A stretch of DNA of 64,000 bases from Lepidodermella squamata (Eukaryota > Animalia > Gastrotricha): NCBI GenBank assembly GCA_047495785.1, contig JBLDXI010000030.1, positions 124,001-188,000 of the forward strand, given 5' to 3'. The notes beneath the pieces are model-generated. The model saw only the letters and a list, made by a program, of their open reading frames with translations, was not told the DNA's origin and ran no database searches. Each line of letters opens with the position of its first letter. Position 1 is the stretch's first letter. Below, piece after piece: positions 13,751 through 26,579 of the stretch. The position numbers were made by a program, and so were the translations under genes.

Positions 13751-13945
13751 ATGTCGTTAGCGACGTTGAATAACTCGGATTTAGGCTTGTTTACTTCACT
13801 GTCAAGGTGAACTGTGGCAAGTGAAAAGTCATTTGTTTTTGCCTCTTTATTGACATAAAAAACAGCACTTTTTACTTGTCACCCATCACCTTGAAAGTGA
13901 AGTAAACAAGCCTAAATCCGAATTATTCAATGTCGCTAACGATGT
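13751..13945. mobile_element. Palindromic MITE (~80-bp inverted arms)
   Basis: gtcgttagcgacgttgaataactcggatttaggcttgtttacttcac... is mirrored by ...gtgaagtaaacaagcctaaatccgaattattcaatgtcgctaacgat. A related copy lies at 49694-49889. Confidence 0.8.
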
Positions 13946-14218
13946 GTTCATTATCATGCGACTCGAAACTACTAAAGCCGGCAATAAGTGAACAAAACAA
14001 AGCTCTTAACCGGTTATTCCTAACACAAATATATCCAGCAGACAATAGCCTCTATCTTTATGAAACAGCTCTTTTTGAATTTGAGCCTAAGCGGTGAAAA
14101 TGTAAGAACGCTCTACATCAAAATAAATCAAAATTTCAAACAAAACAATCAAAAACAAAACAATCTCATTCACAACAAATTATTGACTATAGATCAAAGC
14201 GTCTTTTGGATTAGCCAT

Positions 14219-17200
14219 TTAATGCTGTTGAATCATTTCTTCGAGTTCTTGAAATGATGGACGATCTTTCGCCAGCTCTCGCCAGCATTTCTTCATGACT
14301 TTCTCGTAAAACAGTTCGGAACATTTCGGCGGCTTTTCCAGCACTTCACCAGTCGTGATTCGGACAACAACTGCAGAAGTAGCCAATCCTCCATACGGAA
14401 TCGATTTACATCCTATTGCGCGAGCAAAGTTTGAAGTTTATTATGGTGGAAATCGATTAAATTTACCGGTAAATATCTCCCACATAGTTACACCGAAACA
14501 CCAAACATCGCTTTTTGGTCCAAATTTCATTTGCTCGATAGATTCGGGAGGGTACCATCGAATCGGTATCAGCAAATTACCGCCACCGTTGTGCAGCTTG
14601 TAATAAACATCATCGCTGTCGAGAATGCGAGACATTCCAAAGTCACTTATTTTCAAAACAAAATCATCTGAGACCAGAACGTTCCTACAGGCGAGGTCGC
14701 GATGCAGGCAGTTTTTCGAGGACAGGTAGACCATTCCTTGGCAAATTTGGAAGCAGTAGTCGATTAGTGTGTTTTCATCTGATTCGTCATCTGATTTCTT
14801 CAAAAATTGGTCCAGGCTGCCTTTAGCCATAAATGGAGCGACGATGCATGGTTGGCCGTTGAGAGCCGCTACTCCGATCAATGCTAGGACGTTACGGTGG
14901 GAAAATCCTTTCATGATAAGCGCCTCTTTCATGAAATCTGTTAATTTTGTTACAGAACCTGGCTTGACGCTCTTGATCGCGATCACAATTTCACTGTCAT
15001 CAGTGTCTCTGAGGCTGGCACGATGAACTGATCCGAACTGCCCCTCTCCGACGTAATTTTGCAGCTGGATCCTGCCCGGATCGATGCTGATAGGTTGGAA
15101 CTGCTCCATTAGTTGTTCTGCCTCGGGCACGTCCTTCAAAAGGCTAGCTAAATCAGCAATTGCTTCAATGTAGTTTGAAGCAGCAGCAGTGTTGCGAGAA
15201 AATGGCATGACGATGAGCCTTTTCACAAACTTCCTGGTTCGCCTTCTGTATAACACCACACTTATCACGATGATTATCCCCATCATTGCCAGAACGCCTA
15301 GAATAATTGCGACTAGTGTGACTATTTTGACAGAAAAAATAGGAATTTCTCGAAGAAGCTTAGATTCAAGAAAACCTGTGTAATTCTGCTGATCAAATAT
15401 CGGCGTTGTTGTTCCAAATTCCGGCAGCTCCTCTTCATTAACATCTCTTCCAATCTCAGGGTCATTTTTCAGTTTATAAATGTAAGGACAGGGCTGGCTG
15501 GAAGGGACAGAAAGACATCCAGCTGTTGTTTTGATTCTATCACTCAATGAATAGACGTTCCTAAACTTGATAGGAAGTCCAGTTTCGCAGTTTGGGTTGA
15601 GCTCTTTGAGGAAGATTCCAACCTATGTTAAATCAAATGCATTAATTATTCTGGAAGTTCTAGTACTTACCAGGACGAATCTTTTTCCGAGCTGTGTTAC
15701 ATTGTCGCTATCAATTAAAAGCAGCAAAGCAGAGCCAGGTAATACATCACAAGAGGAGATATTTGTAAATTTAGTTTTAAAGCGAAGCACCGATCCAATT
15801 GTTGGTTTCGATTCATCCGTAGTTATAGGCGAACAGTTGGTTTGTGGTAGCAATAAACCTGAAATGTAGCCATATTCAGCGTCACGCCTGGGTAGCCCGA
15901 CAATATAAGCGTGGTCGTTCCATAGGACCTTTTCATCGCAGCAAGTAGGTAGGCAAATGTTATTTGACTTGGCGAAAGGTTTCTCGAAACGAGCAATGGT
16001 GATTCCGCTAAAGGTTTCGGATGACTTTGAGGAATTTAGCATTTTTGAGCAGGAAGAACTCGTAATCAGAACTCTATCAGATAGCAAAGTTCCTACGCAA
16101 GAGGTTGAATAGACGATGAATGGAAATTCTCCAGTTCTCGCATCGGTTGGCTGTGTTACGGGAGCAGCGACGACTGGCCGATAATTCATTAGGGTTGTGC
16201 CACAAGCCGTTCGAGACACGATGTTGCGCATAGCATCTTGAACAGCAAACAATTCGTCCCGAGTCAGCTTGCAGTCGTGGATAGTCAAACCTGCGATTGC
16301 ATTATGCGCCACTGTCCAGTTTGAGGAGAATCCGTTGGATGAGCCCACGGTAAATCCTCTTACCACAGACCACCATTTCGCAGCTGAAGTATCGTCAGGC
16401 GATTGTTCCACTGTAAACACTGATGTGAAATTGTTGAAAACTGATAACCACGGTGTATTTTGCTCAGCGGAAAAAACAATTCCAACAAAGGTCCATTCCG
16501 ATACAGGGAAAATTCCAGGTGCGTTTATAACAATACCAGGTAATTTGATGACTAATATATCGGTATGCTGATATCCGAAACTAATCGAATTCGGGTGGAA
16601 TTCGATTATACCGCACTTTTCCGAGAAAAATTTGCTTCTTTGGTAGAAGAAGGTAAAAGTAAAACCCGAAGAAGAACGCATGGGCATCTTGAAATCTTCC
16701 ACTTCGAAAACCTCTGTATTGTACCAGACGCCAGCGTACCAGAATATATTTTCGCCTTTGGGTGGATTTTTATTATTCAGAGCGATGCTTGCCAGGCGGC
16801 GAGAGCCAAAATCATAGAACCCATGAAAATAAGTTATAGGCCAGAAGCCAACTAACGAGAAGGACCTTGGCATAGCCACAGCTGTAAATTAGACGAGGGT
16901 TAATTACGCGGTGGATGCGGTGGATACTTTCTGAACACACCTTGAGTCGCAGATGCAAGAGAGATGTTGTAATTTGCTATCAAAAATCGGACTTCCTCCA
17001 AGACAGCCTCTTCGCTAAAATTGCCATCGAAAGGATACGCTCGCTCGATAATGCTGGCAAACGATGCAAGTATACTGTTGCCAATGCCCTTTTCTAACTT
17101 TGATATAAGCGAGTTCGGTGTTCCATGAGAAGCGGCTTGCAGATTTTCGTTTAGCTGTATGATCCAAACATGGCAGATTTCAAACACGGCTAGCGCATGT

Positions 17201-17878
17201 TATACTACGACTCGATATATTACCGCATTTTCCGAAATAGCTTCATGGAGCATTGTAATTTATATCCTAAGAGGAGCGGTCTATGGTCTATTTTATTCCG
17301 GCCCTTCCGGAATTCGGTGTTTGCCCTAATCTTGTTAGATTCATTGTCTTACCTGTTCTGCGATCACCCGACTGGTTGTCACGTTCTGTATGCTATTTTG
17401 ACCAGCGAAATCTTGTGACCAGTCGAAGCCATGGTATACCATAGTTCCAACAATCCGAACTAGAAAAGCAAAGATTTTGTTAATTCAAGATGGCAAATTA
17501 GGTATCAGGTTCCCACAACCTATTTGCTTCACCAGGAATTCATCGTTTAGGCCGCGACAGGCGTCGACAATGGAGGCCAATTGATTGATGTTGAGGGGAA
17601 AGTTGTAGCAAACAAAGCATGAAAAGCCTTCTGTTATCTTGTGACCAGTCGAAGCCATGGTATACCATAGTTCCAACAATCCGAACTAGAAAAGCAAAGA
17701 TTTTGTTAATTCAAGATGGCAAATTAGGTATCAGGTTCCCACAACCTATTTGCTTCACCAGGAATTCATCGTTTAGGCCGCGACAGGCGTCGACAATGGA
17801 GGCCAATTGATTGATGTTGAGGGGAAAGTTGTAGCAAACAAAGCATGAAAAGCCTTCTGTTATGTCGACATCAGCGAC
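14219..17878 (-). CDS. Receptor tyrosine kinase (MET/RON-like kinase) with SEA-like, LamG-like and inactive trypsin-like ectodomain; 5' end upstream and uncertain
   Basis: Kinase motifs GEGQFGSV, IAIK, HRDLACRN, DFGMSR, YY, PIRWYPPES, SDVWCFGV. The last exon ends CWRELAKDRPSFQELEEMIQQH* (14219). TM segment IVTLVAIILGVLAMMGIIIVISVVLY then RRR. Upstream exons splice in frame via GT-AG introns. Confidence 0.85.
17410..17861. repeat. Perfect 226-bp tandem duplication inside the RTK gene
   Basis: 17410-17635 and 17636-17861 appear identical. Each unit carries the same 60-bp intron (17460-17519) plus flanking exon parts. Confidence 0.95.
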
Positions 17879-18622
17879 TATGGAGGAGAAAAGATGCATA
17901 TTTTCATGCTGAATTCGATTTATAATTCAGTTCAATTCGCTTTGAACTATGATAAAAAGCAATTTTTGTAGGTTAAAAGGTAGCCTCGCAAGGCTTAATT
18001 ATCTGTGGCTGGACTGGCTCCAGCTGAATCTTACAGCAGTAAGGCTAATTCTTCGAAATTCAACCCTGACACACAATAATGTCGACTTTTTGTCATTTGT
18101 GACTAGAGTTTAGATGTTTTACTTGTTTTCAGTTGCCAGTTGCCTTCCTCTATTAAGATTCTATGAAGAAGCTCTGTAACGACAAATTTTGATTACGAAC
18201 GATATTTTCTGGCGTTATTTTCATAGTTCTTCCTAGTAATTTCATTTTGGGGCTTTCTTTTGTTTTCTGATAATATATTTCATTTACAAGACATTTTACG
18301 AGTTTATATATATCAATCCTTCGCAAGATTATCTCAGTAGCAAAATGTTTGAAAATGAACATTTAACGGAATAAAGTTCTTTGGAAATTAGGGCCGATGA
18401 CCCCACGCTAGCGTGCCGTACCTTGAGCGGGTCTTAAAATCTGCGCTATAAAGCAGCCGAAAAGCGAATAGCTGACGTGCTAAATTGGTCGGAGTGCGCG
18501 TAGAACTTCCTTCCTGTAAATTGTTCGCAGTATTTTCGTAAAATCAGTGAATCCACGATGAACCTTAAAGATGTAAGTAAGGAAGTGAACGCTTAGGCTT
18601 TGTTCACCGCAGCTTGATGAAG

Positions 18623-19696
18623 TCACGCTGCCGAATCAGATCTTTTTATCGAATCAATGTTCTTTAAAAGGAGTTCCCAGTGAACTGTCAAAGGCCGTTG
18701 GCCGACAGTAATATTTTCTACAAGGCCAGAGAAACTTTTCTTCGGGTTCAAACTAGACCAGATGAATAGAGCACCCTTGGTTCCATAACCCGAAAGGTAA
18801 AATAAGCTCATTCTCAATTGTGCAACTTTTCCTGGCTTTCAAATGTACTAATGCAGATTGGGCTGTATCCCGCATAGAAAGAGATTAACCAATACCCAAT
18901 ACCATAGGGTTTCTGAAGGTCTCATTCCTGGTTGGAAGCAAGGTGTACTGCTGGCATGCTTTCTCGTGTAATTAAGACTAACCTTTTATGTAATCCTACA
19001 ACATACCAGGTCAAAATCATAGACACCCACATCTTTGTAACCAATTTCAAGGTTGTACGCTCTTGAAAGCTTCGCTGGAGGATATCCCGGCTCGTTCAAC
19101 GCCTGCACACCAACCGTGGCTAGCTTTGAGAGTTCATAATCGGGCTCCATGCCCATGAACACTGAAAAGTGAGATTTGTTGTAGCTGACTAAAGCCAGAA
19201 AGTGCCATTTCGCCGGCTGCCATGCATTATCGATATTTTTCGAGAAATGTTGCCAGTCGTGCTTTGTGCCGATAACCACACTGAAATTGGCGACTTGAAA
19301 CTTGACGTACAATGTGAAATCGTTATAAACCCCCAGCTTGACGATGCCTCGGGGTTCAGTGATTATCGCCGGCGAGGAGGCATACGTGAAGAAGAACAAG
19401 GTCAGCGTAAGCTGGCGTATTTTGAAGAAGCGATTGTTCAATTCATACGTAGACAACATACTTTCCCAAGTGTTATAGGCACTTTCGAGGTAGCCAAACG
19501 GACCTGCTTGTTCCATAACTCGAGCTGACGGCGCGTGTTCTTCATCAATAACGAAAGACTTCGACACATTGGCAATATTTCGCGTGCCATATTGACGATT
19601 GTAAGGCACTAGGAGTAACGGTGACCCGAAGCTTGAAACCCTGGCGATGATCGCCAATATTAGGATCTTCAATGTTATGAAAAATCGCTTCGTCAT
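18623..19696 (-). CDS. Signal peptide + LamG/ConA-like domain; either the 5' exons of the RTK or a separate secreted protein
   Basis: MTKRFFITLKILILAIIARVSS signal. LTLTLFF and WQPAKWHFLALVS are LamG-like motifs. Donor GTATGT at 19006. The splice path to the 17878 exon was not resolved. Confidence 0.6.
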
Positions 19697-20196
19697 CTCC
19701 TACTGAATAACGAATAAAGTGTAGGACACGCGCTATACATAACTGATATAGTGGACCTTAATGGAATTTGATGGAATCGTCTGAGAAGATAGAACATAAA
19801 TGGAAAATCAAAGATGTGGATAAAATCGGACAAAAACTATTCTGAGCAGGGAAATTCACGAAAAAGCACCGAATCAAATACCATCGAGTTTTCCCTGTTT
19901 TCTTAATATTTTTCCCGATTGCGCGTTTTTCTACAATACGTAAGCTTTTTTCATACCGTATAACGTATTACTGATATTTTATCTCGGCTCAAGTTAAATT
20001 TATTAACTCCAGTCTTAGATAAAAATTGCGCTGGCAATAAATTGAATTTTCGATAATTTGTATTACTTGTAATAAACTGAAGTTCAGATAATGACGCTAT
20101 ATTACGAGAAGCTTATTAAAAAGTCGGAAATAAGCAAAAGAGATTGTTATCGGAAAGTAGATCTATGATGAAGATAACTAGCAGCCGCCCAAGATA

Positions 20197-20496
20197 CCGT
20201 ATTTCTCGAAAATATTTCCATTGATAACTCATTTTGTTAGTAGGACCCAACTTCACTTTATAACTTTTTAATTGTTCAACTTTGTTAAATGTTCACTTTT
20301 TCATTGAATCGACAAATAAAATGATTTAAAAACGTCATCTCAATATGAATCACTCGCAGCTTTTTGTGATGATTCGCAATTAAACAGCACACCCACAGCA
20401 AACAGCAAACAGCACAGCCCACTCCCTAATACAACCCGAATCAAAAATCATTCGTTCATAAATATAGTATCATTGGTAAATTTCCGAGGAATCCGG
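20197..20496. mobile_element. Degenerate Tc2/pogo-type MITE
   Basis: TA|CCGTATTTCTCGAAAATATTTCCA ... TGGTAAATTTCCGAGGAATCCGG|TA imperfect TIRs with TA flanks. Confidence 0.6.
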
Positions 20497-20655
20497 TATG
20501 CCTCAGATAGGCAGGTTAGCCTTCCGCTCTTAAAATATCTTCAACCGTTAAATTTTAAAAAGTTGATTGTTTACTCTTCAATCCATATGAAGAACCGAAC
20601 TCCGAGCCGCGGATATATCGCGCGTTATTTATTCTGTTTCGGAATTTAGCACACA

Positions 20656-23423
20656 ATGATTTGTTATATGTGCTTGCTACTCATCGCTAGCTCATCCTCC
20701 GCTGTTGAGCTATGCCAATGGCCAGCGCTGGATGAGCCACTGATGTCAGGTGTCTACAGCAGAGATTTACGGTGCAACAGTAAGCCATTCAATGTGGCCA
20801 GCAACACGTCGTTCTACGTCGGAATTGAGATTTAGCTTAGCTGCTCTTCTTCGCCTAGCACAAGTGCTCTAAGATGCATGGATAACCGGAAATGGTCTCA
20901 AAAAGTACCTGTTTGCAGCGAATTCAGTAAAAACTTTCGAATAGTCATTCATCCTACTATTTTCTGAGAGTTTAGAGAACGTTGGAGTGTTTAATGCTAG
21001 CTGTAGAGGGGGTGGTCAGGCTAATACAACTGGCAATCTAGTCAGTTCCTCCCCAGGTACGTGGAGTGGTGTGTACCCGGCTCAGAATACCAACAAGCCT
21101 CACTTAACCTTGCTTCGCCCTTTTTGCAAGAATGGCTTCTACAGAGAGCTGACTTGCTTGAACGGGGAATGGCTACCAGGCCTTAGAAACTCAACCTGTG
21201 GCGAGCAATCAGTGTACAGCCCAGCGTCAATCTCCGGGTATTGGCCGCTTACCTACGATACTAACTTCAGTACACCTTCTGGAGATTCACTCGACTTGAA
21301 CGTTTCAGGAAGCATGAGCATTGAAGCTCCAACCGGGAACTTCCCTATGACCGGGCTGGTTCTGAGTGACAAAGAATCAGACTACGTCTATGCAAGTAAA
21401 ATTGGTGGGATCGGCGGCAGGAACTGGTCGATGGGCTTCCTCTTCAAAGCAACATGGCCCGGTTGGCTTATTAGTATCGACAATTCAGGGCTTAACAATG
21501 TTGCTGTCAGATATGATTCCAATCAGCTCATTATCCACCGATACAATGACTTCTATAGTGTCCCGCTAAAGGAACCTAATTCTTGGACGTTTTGCCTGCT
21601 AGTTGTAGTCAGCAAAAAACTAGCAGTTCTCAACATGGCAGGCGGAACTGTATCATACACAGCCTTTAGCTCTGTTGTCAGCGACTGGAGCCTCAACTCT
21701 TCTCTTACTTCCGATATTTACATTGGTCATAGGTTAGGGCTTCTGAATCTAACGCTGGGAAACAATTTTTGTTCAAATCAGGAACACAGGTGAGACTGGA
21801 AGTCCAAACGCAAGAATTGCGTGTCTCAATTTCTTCAACATTGCGCACATTGACGAAAAATCGGCCGAACTGCTGTATCAGCAATGCATGATGAGTGAGA
21901 GGCTACATTTTTTGTTATTGATTATGCATCTTTTCCTATTTCTCAGCGATATCTTCCGTGTCACCATTAATGAAAGGTATTCAAAGCGCTGCTTGGCGAT
22001 ATGATGCTACTAGATCGATTAGCATTTCAAACAGCCGTGAGTTTCATTTTTAATTGAATTTTGACATTTATTTGGATTGCATTTATAACGAAAGATAAAC
22101 TCTACCTTCGAGGGGCTGCAACGCAAACTGAAGCGGGGTTATCGATTAGACTCGCATTTGTAGGCCAACAAGGCTCGGCCTGGGCATACAAGGTATATTT
22201 ATCTTCGGATTTTCTAACCTTGCTTTCATGATAGCGAGTTTTTAAAGCTGCTCGACTCAACGAAAGATTGGCGCATTGAATTTCTCGTCTACGTCGAAGG
22301 AAGCGCCGGTTCTATTGAATTTTTCGTAGTCGCCGAGAATGCGACCCTTGATCTCGCGAATGGTGATTTCAAAAACAAGCCCTTCAATGTTGACGAAAGG
22401 AATTTCTTCGGAATATCTCTGCGATTTGACCTGAGCTCGAAGCAAATGGTTCTCTACGCCCGCGACCCAGCTACGAATTCTAAAACCGTCATAGCTACGT
22501 CTACGGCGTTTCAATTCAAGCCTGAAGTTGTAATCATTGAAAAAGCTGGAAATATGTTCTTCATTTTCATTCAACGAGCCGACAATGCTGTGCCGATCCT
22601 TCAAACTTACGTTCCTGATTTCAACTGTATCCCCTCGAGACTGCGATATGGCGTTGCAGCGGATTTACCAATCAATCTTGCAGATGACACTCCTCCAATT
22701 TACTTTTATCGATCCAAGTATTACTACAGCGGTGCCAATTCGAAATGCAACGCGACGTTGACTATAAATTCCGTAACGTCAACGCCGACTGTTCGGACGA
22801 ATACAGCGGATCCTTACCCAGCTTTGCCGTTCAAATACGAGCTCTTTATGAATCTGAGCATAACTGGGGACAATTTGACGATACCTGATATTTGGCTCGA
22901 TGTTACTAGTGATCCTTGGGATCCGTCCTTGAATGATCCGAATTCAGCTGTTTTCCAAGCTCTTGCAGCTTACATATCACCCGGCATCCAAAAGATTATG
23001 AATCAAGCCGCTTCAGCTAACGGCTGGGCTATAACAAGTGTCACGATCGTTCGATTCAGGAAGGGTAGTATAATAGCGGATTATATCGTCGTTCTGAGGA
23101 GTTTGACTCAACTAACGGAAGAGCAAATAGCTGACAAAGTTCAAATTGCTGTTATCAGGCTGAAAGAGAAAGCCGAAGAGTTATTACCAGGTCTCCGAAT
23201 ATCACGTCTAGGACAGGTTAATCTCGTTCGTATGGATGGGCCAACACCTGCGCCACCTGTCATTTCTTCTCCTGATTCTAGGAAAGAGACGAAAAAAGCT
23301 CAAGGGAGCACTTCTAACGCCAACTGCGGATATAAAAATCATTCCCCAGTTCTATCGCTGCTAAAGCTTCTTTTGTTCGGACTCAGAATCCTGGCTCCTG
23401 GCGATATGATGACTCTAAGTTAA
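20656..23423 (+). pseudogene. Lectin-mucin-SEA family copy 4, closest to copy 3; premature TAG in exon 1
   Basis: ATG at 20656. In-frame TAG at 20833-20835 where copy 3 has AAA (GTEIK). The remaining exons look open, including SEA VRFRKGSIIADY. Confidence 0.8.
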
Positions 23424-23723
23424 CATGTGTCATCATACCTGTTAATGTTATAAAATAAAGCCCTTTGTAAAATGAATATATGAGTTTCCAGAAAAAAGAA
23501 ATATGGAACTCTCAATTTCGAAAAACGCGCGGAAAATGAATTCAGGTGATTTGTTTGCTCTTTCATGCGATTTATTGTCATAGGATATGCCTGTTTGAAT
23601 GAGCAAACACTCGTTTCTCGAACAGTGAATCGTATGTGGGAGTGTTTAACTAACGATGTTGACATTACAGAATCCGACTTCTTGAAGAGAATCTACTGAG
23701 ATAATGCAGTCGAATCAAATATT

Positions 23724-24896
23724 ATGCTTCCTCACCCGCTATTCATGTTGATGGTTGTAGATGCTGTAATGTCAGAGGCCGCATTTTGGCCGCATGAAGG
23801 GTTATTAAAGCAACACTTTGCGAATAGTTGCGGCATTCTAACGGATGCAAGGCCAGTAAAACGTGGCGGCGATGCAATAGAGATAAATATTGTGTTCAAC
23901 CCAATTCGTTTGCGGCAACTCGACGAACGCGAAGAGAGGCTCAATACTCTGCTTATATTTTCGATCAACTACCAACACCCATGTGTTAGTTGGGACCCTC
24001 AAGATTGGGCTGGCACTCGGCAATTTCGAGTTGATACCTCTGAAACCTGGAGGCCTTCCCTCTTCCTTATCAACGCAGATTCTGACATGTCGATGAAAGA
24101 ACCCTACGAGAATTGTGCTGGTTTTGCGTTCTATAGTTCTGGATTCGTTAGCATGGTAACAAGCGTCAGCCTATCCACTTTCTGCTTGCTTGAGTAATGC
24201 TCAATTCCATTTATTCCCTTCTTGTAAAACCAAAAACCGCTTTTTCAGTCTCGAAAAGTTTCCTTTTGATACTCAAAAGTGTCCAGTGCTGTTTGAGTCA
24301 AACGAAAGAATCGATGTTCAAACAATCACACTGAATGAAACCTACTCAAGCATCACAGACTCCGCGGATGCTCCGTTCATTTCTCCAACTTCAGTGTTGG
24401 CTCAGAAAGGGTTACATACGAAGCCTATGCGGATTCATCCTATGATCGGGTCTTTTTCGAAATCGAAATACGCCGTAAGCCTGGCTCTTACGTAGTCAAC
24501 ATTTTCTTCCCATGCTTTGCTCTGTCTGCCCTTCTGTTCATGTCAGTTTTCATCGAGCCAGAAGCGCCTGATCGAGCAATGTACTGTGTCACTCTGCTGC
24601 TCGCATTTTCCGTCCTGCAGTCAAGCATAGTGGACATGATCCCAAAAACAAGCGTAATACCCTACGCTGTAATGTTTGTTACAGCTCAGCTGTCAGCCGG
24701 AGTCATACTATCATTGTACTCACTGGTCGCTATTTGTTTAGCAACAAAATCGTGGTGCCGACGCAAGCTGTTTTATGGCCCTGAGTATCTGGCAGGTGTT
24801 AAGTTCATCAGAGTTCTGGACGCAATTATCTATGGAATTAATGGGACAATGCTGCTAATCGCTGACTCGATCATTTTTGCGCGCATGTTGCATTGA
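23724..24896 (+). pseudogene. Cys-loop ligand-gated ion channel subunit copy 1, frameshifted
   Basis: Cys-loop CLLDLEKFPFDTQKC spans the intron. A ~22-nt deletion at ~24397 relative to copy 3 (TTGG microhomology) shifts the frame to a stop at 24495. M1-M4 remain in another frame. Confidence 0.8.
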
Positions 24897-24928
24897 CACT
24901 GGGATGAGCTGGCTATAAGCTTATGATA

Positions 24929-25787
24929 CACCTTTTTTCCTTTGCAATTTCATTATTTTCGTTAAAGAAAAACGCGTTTATTTTTTCATGATCATCAGCG
25001 TATTCATTTAATTCATTTTCTTACTTTTTTCTACCAAAGAATTTACTCGATCTTCGAAGGTTCGCTGTATGCGAATACGAAACCCGAATGGAATGAATTA
25101 TATATCAAATTGAAGCTAGATATATAATCTTTTCAAATATTCGATCAGATCGGCAAAATCATTATTTGTTTCGCAGAAACTAAGCAGTAAGTAGAATGAA
25201 CTGCAAAGATGTTTTCCTTGGATAGTTTTTATATTTTATAGGTATAAGGCCCCTCCCTCCTCCCCAAAAATGATTAGAACAATCAGGCGAAGGTGATATC
25301 TCTAGTAGAAGCGATAGAACCTCAAAAAATTCGGCTTTAGTAGCATTTTGGGCAATAGCTTACGCGGGTGCTGAGGAAGTTTTCACAAATATTGCTTTGG
25401 TTTCATCATGAAATGATGAAATTAGCGAAGACTAAGTAATAGAATAGTTCCTTAGCAGTTATTTGTTGAAAAATAAACATAATTGTAGGTAAAATCAGAA
25501 GAAACTTTCCGAACAACCAGTCGGCTAAAACGTTGAATACCTTCAAGAACAAAATGGCATCCAGTATTTTAATATCACAGCTAGATAGATCAGATCTCTA
25601 GCTTCAATTTGATATATAGTTCATCCCATTCAGGTTTCGTATTCGCATACAGCGAACCTTCGAAGATCGAGTAAATTCTTAGGTAGAAAAAGTAAGAAAA
25701 TGAATAAAATGAATACGCTGATAATCATGAAAAAATAAACGCGTTTTTCTTTAATAAAAATAATGAAATTGCAAAGGAAAAAAGGTG
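24929..25787. mobile_element. Non-autonomous DNA transposon with ~200-bp TIRs, TA target site
   Basis: TA|CACCTTTTTTCCTTTGCAATTTCATT... (24929-~25130) is mirrored at ~25587-25787 ...AATGAAATTGCAAAGGAAAAAAGGTG|TA. Confidence 0.9.
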
Positions 25788-26579
25788 TAGCTGTTTGGAT
25801 GGACTATTGATTAACAAAAAGAGAAATAAATAACATGTAGATAATCATTGGTAAATCATAGACAGACGCATGAAAAATAACTTGATTTCTTTTACTATGA
25901 AGACCTCGGGGACCTTCGAGACATTAGCACAAAACAAAATGCCTGAGGTCAATCCAAGTGGATATCTTTGATCAGGAGCAATAACACTATGTTTCTTGAA
26001 TACATTTTGATCTGAAGCGGAGAAGCGGTACAACTTACATCATCGATTGTGCTGAGGTCGTGTGATGACGAAGCCTGCTTGCCATTGGCAACAGTCGGGC
26101 AGGCGTCAGGCGTTCGATTCCGAATTGTTTTCTGGAGATGATGGCTAGAAAAGGTCATCTGGCGGGGGTTCAGGGTTAAATTCACGTGCCACTGAAGCTT
26201 CTGTCTCATCGAAAATCACCGCATTCATCGATCAATATGTCAACTGCCAGTCGTTTCAAATTACCTATTCAAATATTAGCGCAGATGTAATCTAATTTGA
26301 ATTTATCTTTTTCTATACCTGTTTTCTGTTTATATACCAAAATAGAATATAGGAAATTTTCCGTCAAATGAATATGGGGTTCTCACGTGAAAAGAATAGA
26401 ATACAAATCCGAGTACCAAAACTACCAGAAATAAATTGCGGCTTTATCCAGGTGCCTTTTGCTCTCTTTTATGCGATTTATCGCCATAAGATACACAGGT
26501 TCGATGCCCGCAGAATCTGTGCAAACACTAGATAAGTTTTCGGAATAGTGAATGCATACAAATTGCTGGCATGTATCTA

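Noticed and set aside
18390-18510. GC-rich stretch with a CGATGA motif as a hammerhead ribozyme or ncRNA
   Set aside because: No correctly placed CUGAUGA/GAAA core with pairing stems.
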